Below, in pieces: positions 44,815 through 46,119 of a stretch of 46,119 nt of DNA. The position numbers and the translations under genes are program-made. Source of the stretch: Kiritimatiellia bacterium (GTDB lineage Bacteria > Verrucomicrobiota > Kiritimatiellia > RFP12 > DVOR01); assembly GCA_051892815.1 (NCBI GenBank), contig JBJFGP010000160.1, forward strand, positions 1-46,119, written 5' to 3'. The notes beneath the pieces are model-generated. The model did not search any database. It was given only the letters and a program-made list of their open reading frames with translations, and was not told the DNA's origin. Numbering within the stretch: position 1 is the stretch's first letter; each line of letters begins with the position of its first letter.

Positions 44815-45816
44815 TTATTGGGCTGTTTTGGAATCCTTGTTTTCGGTTTGTTCCTCTTCGGCCGGGACGGTCTCGCCAGTGCGGATGTTTTCCGGGCCTT
44901 CGGAACTGACGAAGTTGCCATTCGGGTCGAGTTCGCCTTTGGTAAGCGTTTCAGGAGAGGTTCCTTCGGCAACGAAGGAGAAGTTGTTTTTGGTCTTGCC
45001 GCTGGGGTTGATGGCTAGGGTAGTGACGGCTATATGACCGGTGGGCTGGGCATTCTTGCGCCAGATCTTGACTTGTGCCTTTGGGGTGAGGGTGAAGATG
45101 GTAGGTTCTGGGGTGCCGTTCTGGAGTTCGATGGCGTAGTCGCCTGCCAGGCTGGTGAGGCGGGTGTAGCTGTGATTGAGGGCGTGGTGGAGTTGGAGTT
45201 GGTTCTGGGCGCGGATGAGCGGGACGGTGTAGTTGGGGCCTTGAATGGAGGTTCTGCCGGTAATGCCGTGGACGAGGAGGATGGCGTCGACGGAGCCTTT
45301 TGATTTGATTTCGAAGGCGGCGCGGCCGCACATCTTTCGGGCGGAGAGTTCGAGGCAGTCGACGCCGAGGGCGTCCAGGTCTTTGAGGTCGTCTGGGGTG
45401 GAAGTTTCGACGCGTCCTTCAATCAAGCGGACGCGGAGGGCGCGCGGGAGGTCGGCGGCGGGGGCGACAGTGGCGGAGGAGTTGGGTGCGAGTCGGAAGC
45501 TGATGCGGTCGGCTAGGCGGACTTCGAGGTTGCCGTTGGGACCGGTCTGGAAGACGGTGCCGAAGGGGTAGGCGCGGTTGAGTTCGGCGGCTCGGAAGGA
45601 GCCGTCTGCCAGGCGGACTTGGCAGGCGCCTTGGGAGGTGATGACTTGCGCCAAAGGCTCGAAGCGGACATAGTCTTTGGGGTCAAGGGGTTGGGCAGCG
45701 GGGGCTTGGGCCTGTTCGGACTGTCCGTCCGCGGCGGGGGCATCCTCCGTCTCTTGGGCGCGCAATCCGACGGCGAGGGTGGCAGCCAAGGCGGCCAGCG
45801 CAAAGGTATAACGCAT
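44815..45816 (-). CDS. Secreted hypothetical protein (possible FecR-like beta-sandwich domain)
   Basis: The signal peptide is MRYTFALAALAATLAVGLRAQ. The family call is weak. Confidence 0.55.
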   Translation of the reverse strand: MRYTFALAALAATLAVGLRAQETEDAPAADGQSEQAQAPAAQPLDPKDYVRFEPLAQVITSQGACQVRLADGSFRAAELNRAYPFGTVFQTGPNGNLEVRLADRISFRLAPNSSATVAPAADLPRALRVRLIEGRVETSTPDDLKDLDALGVDCLELSARKMCGRAAFEIKSKGSVDAILLVHGITGRTSIQGPNYTVPLIRAQNQLQLHHALNHSYTRLTSLAGDYAIELQNGTPEPTIFTLTPKAQVKIWRKNAQPTGHIAVTTLAINPSGKTKNNFSFVAEGTSPETLTKGELDPNGNFVSSEGPENIRTGETVPAEEEQTENKDSKTAQ

Positions 45817-45851
45817 AAATCATCCTTTCAAAGCGTCCAAAATGAGCCTCT

Positions 45852-45880
45852 ATGTTAGCGCATTGGCCCGTGAAAGTCAA
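45852..45880 (-). promoter_or_regulatory. Sigma70-like promoter for the 44815-45816 gene
   Basis: On the minus strand, -35 TTGACT is at 45880-45875, the spacer is 17 nt, and -10 TAACAT is at 45857-45852. Confidence 0.5.
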
Positions 45881-45940
45881 AAGGATTCAACGCGCTATGG
45901 GAAATTGTCGCTCCCGCGCGGGCTCTTTCCGCCGAATCGG

Positions 45941-46055
45941 AAGGTGGGCAGGAACGGAAGCTGGAGGTGGCAATCTCCCGGTGCGGCTCGTAGGCAGGAA
46001 CGGGGAACATTGGTGGCAACCCGCCGAGGGATGAGGTTGGCACCTTTTGGACTCG
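45941..46055. repeat. 23-bp-phased repeat array R10 (5 units)
   Basis: The anchors are 45950 (aaggtgggcAGGAacgg), 45973 (gaggtggcaATCTcccgg), 45996 (tcgtaggcAGGAacgggg), 46019 (ttggtggcaACCcgccgaggg) and 46042 (gaggttggcACCTtttgg). Confidence 0.8.
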
Positions 46056-46119
46056 GGGCTTGGGCGTCACGGGCGCCGGTGAAGGTTTGTATTTGAGCCG
46101 CCCCGCGAACACTCTTGCC

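Noticed and set aside
912-46055. CRISPR interpretation of the repeat arrays
   Set aside because: The period is 23 bp with no unique spacers between repeats. Units are degenerate rather than near-identical, arrays have only 3-5 units, and no cas genes are present.
912-46055. Iteron / plasmid or chromosomal replication origin interpretation
   Set aside because: A 22-23-bp phase is iteron-like, but the arrays occur at ten separate loci among housekeeping genes. None has an adjacent rep or dnaA gene, an AT-rich unwinding element, or a DnaA-box cluster.
45855-46112. 85-aa minus-strand ORF at the window end
   Set aside because: It is almost entirely composed of repeat array R10, has no ribosome-binding site, and has Pro/Ser-rich composition. 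It is probably not coding. The real upstream gene lies outside the window.

Overview
This is a GC-rich bacterial chromosomal segment (about 60-65% GC by eye, not computed). It is densely packed with about 42 protein-coding genes and one tRNA-His. Most genes are housekeeping:
- **Plus strand:** ktrA-like and apbE, citrate synthase, rimO, comEC, a translationally coupled nadD-rsfS-ispH-deoA-rnc string followed by infA, and gmd-fcl.
- **Minus strand:** rpmB, a Zn-ribbon protein, a LpxL-like acyltransferase, dapL and a SEDS protein. Further along lie argH, a dCMP deaminase, an rRNA-methyltransferase-like gene, ybaK, tsaC, a YeiP/EfpL-type EF-P paralog, pyrF and a PpiD-like chaperone.
- **Carbohydrate genes interleaved with these:** GH10 xylanase, a CE7-like acetyl-xylan esterase, a GH106-like hydrolase, a 722-aa uncharacterised TIM-barrel-like protein, a small CBM48 protein, and three sugar-sensor hybrid regulators.

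DapL, the CAZyme load and the hybrid AraC/GntR regulators fit a PVC-superphylum organism (Verrucomicrobiota, Kiritimatiellota or Lentisphaerota). This is a low-confidence inference.

I see no transposase, integrase, CRISPR array, toxin-antitoxin pair or recognisable defence genes, so I cannot support a gene-encoded novel system.

The unexplained signal is non-coding. Ten of the 13 intergenic spacers longer than 100 bp carry arrays of 3-5 degenerate units spaced exactly 23 bp apart. The unit core is GCC-TACCT, often the dyad AGGT-N4-ACCT, flanked by C-runs or G-runs. There are about 41 units in total. Arrays sit between gene ends and the next sigma70-like promoter, often abutting the stop codon. 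I do not recognise this repeat family.

Many long alternative-frame ORFs in the supplied track are Arg/Pro/Gly-rich shadows of the real genes.
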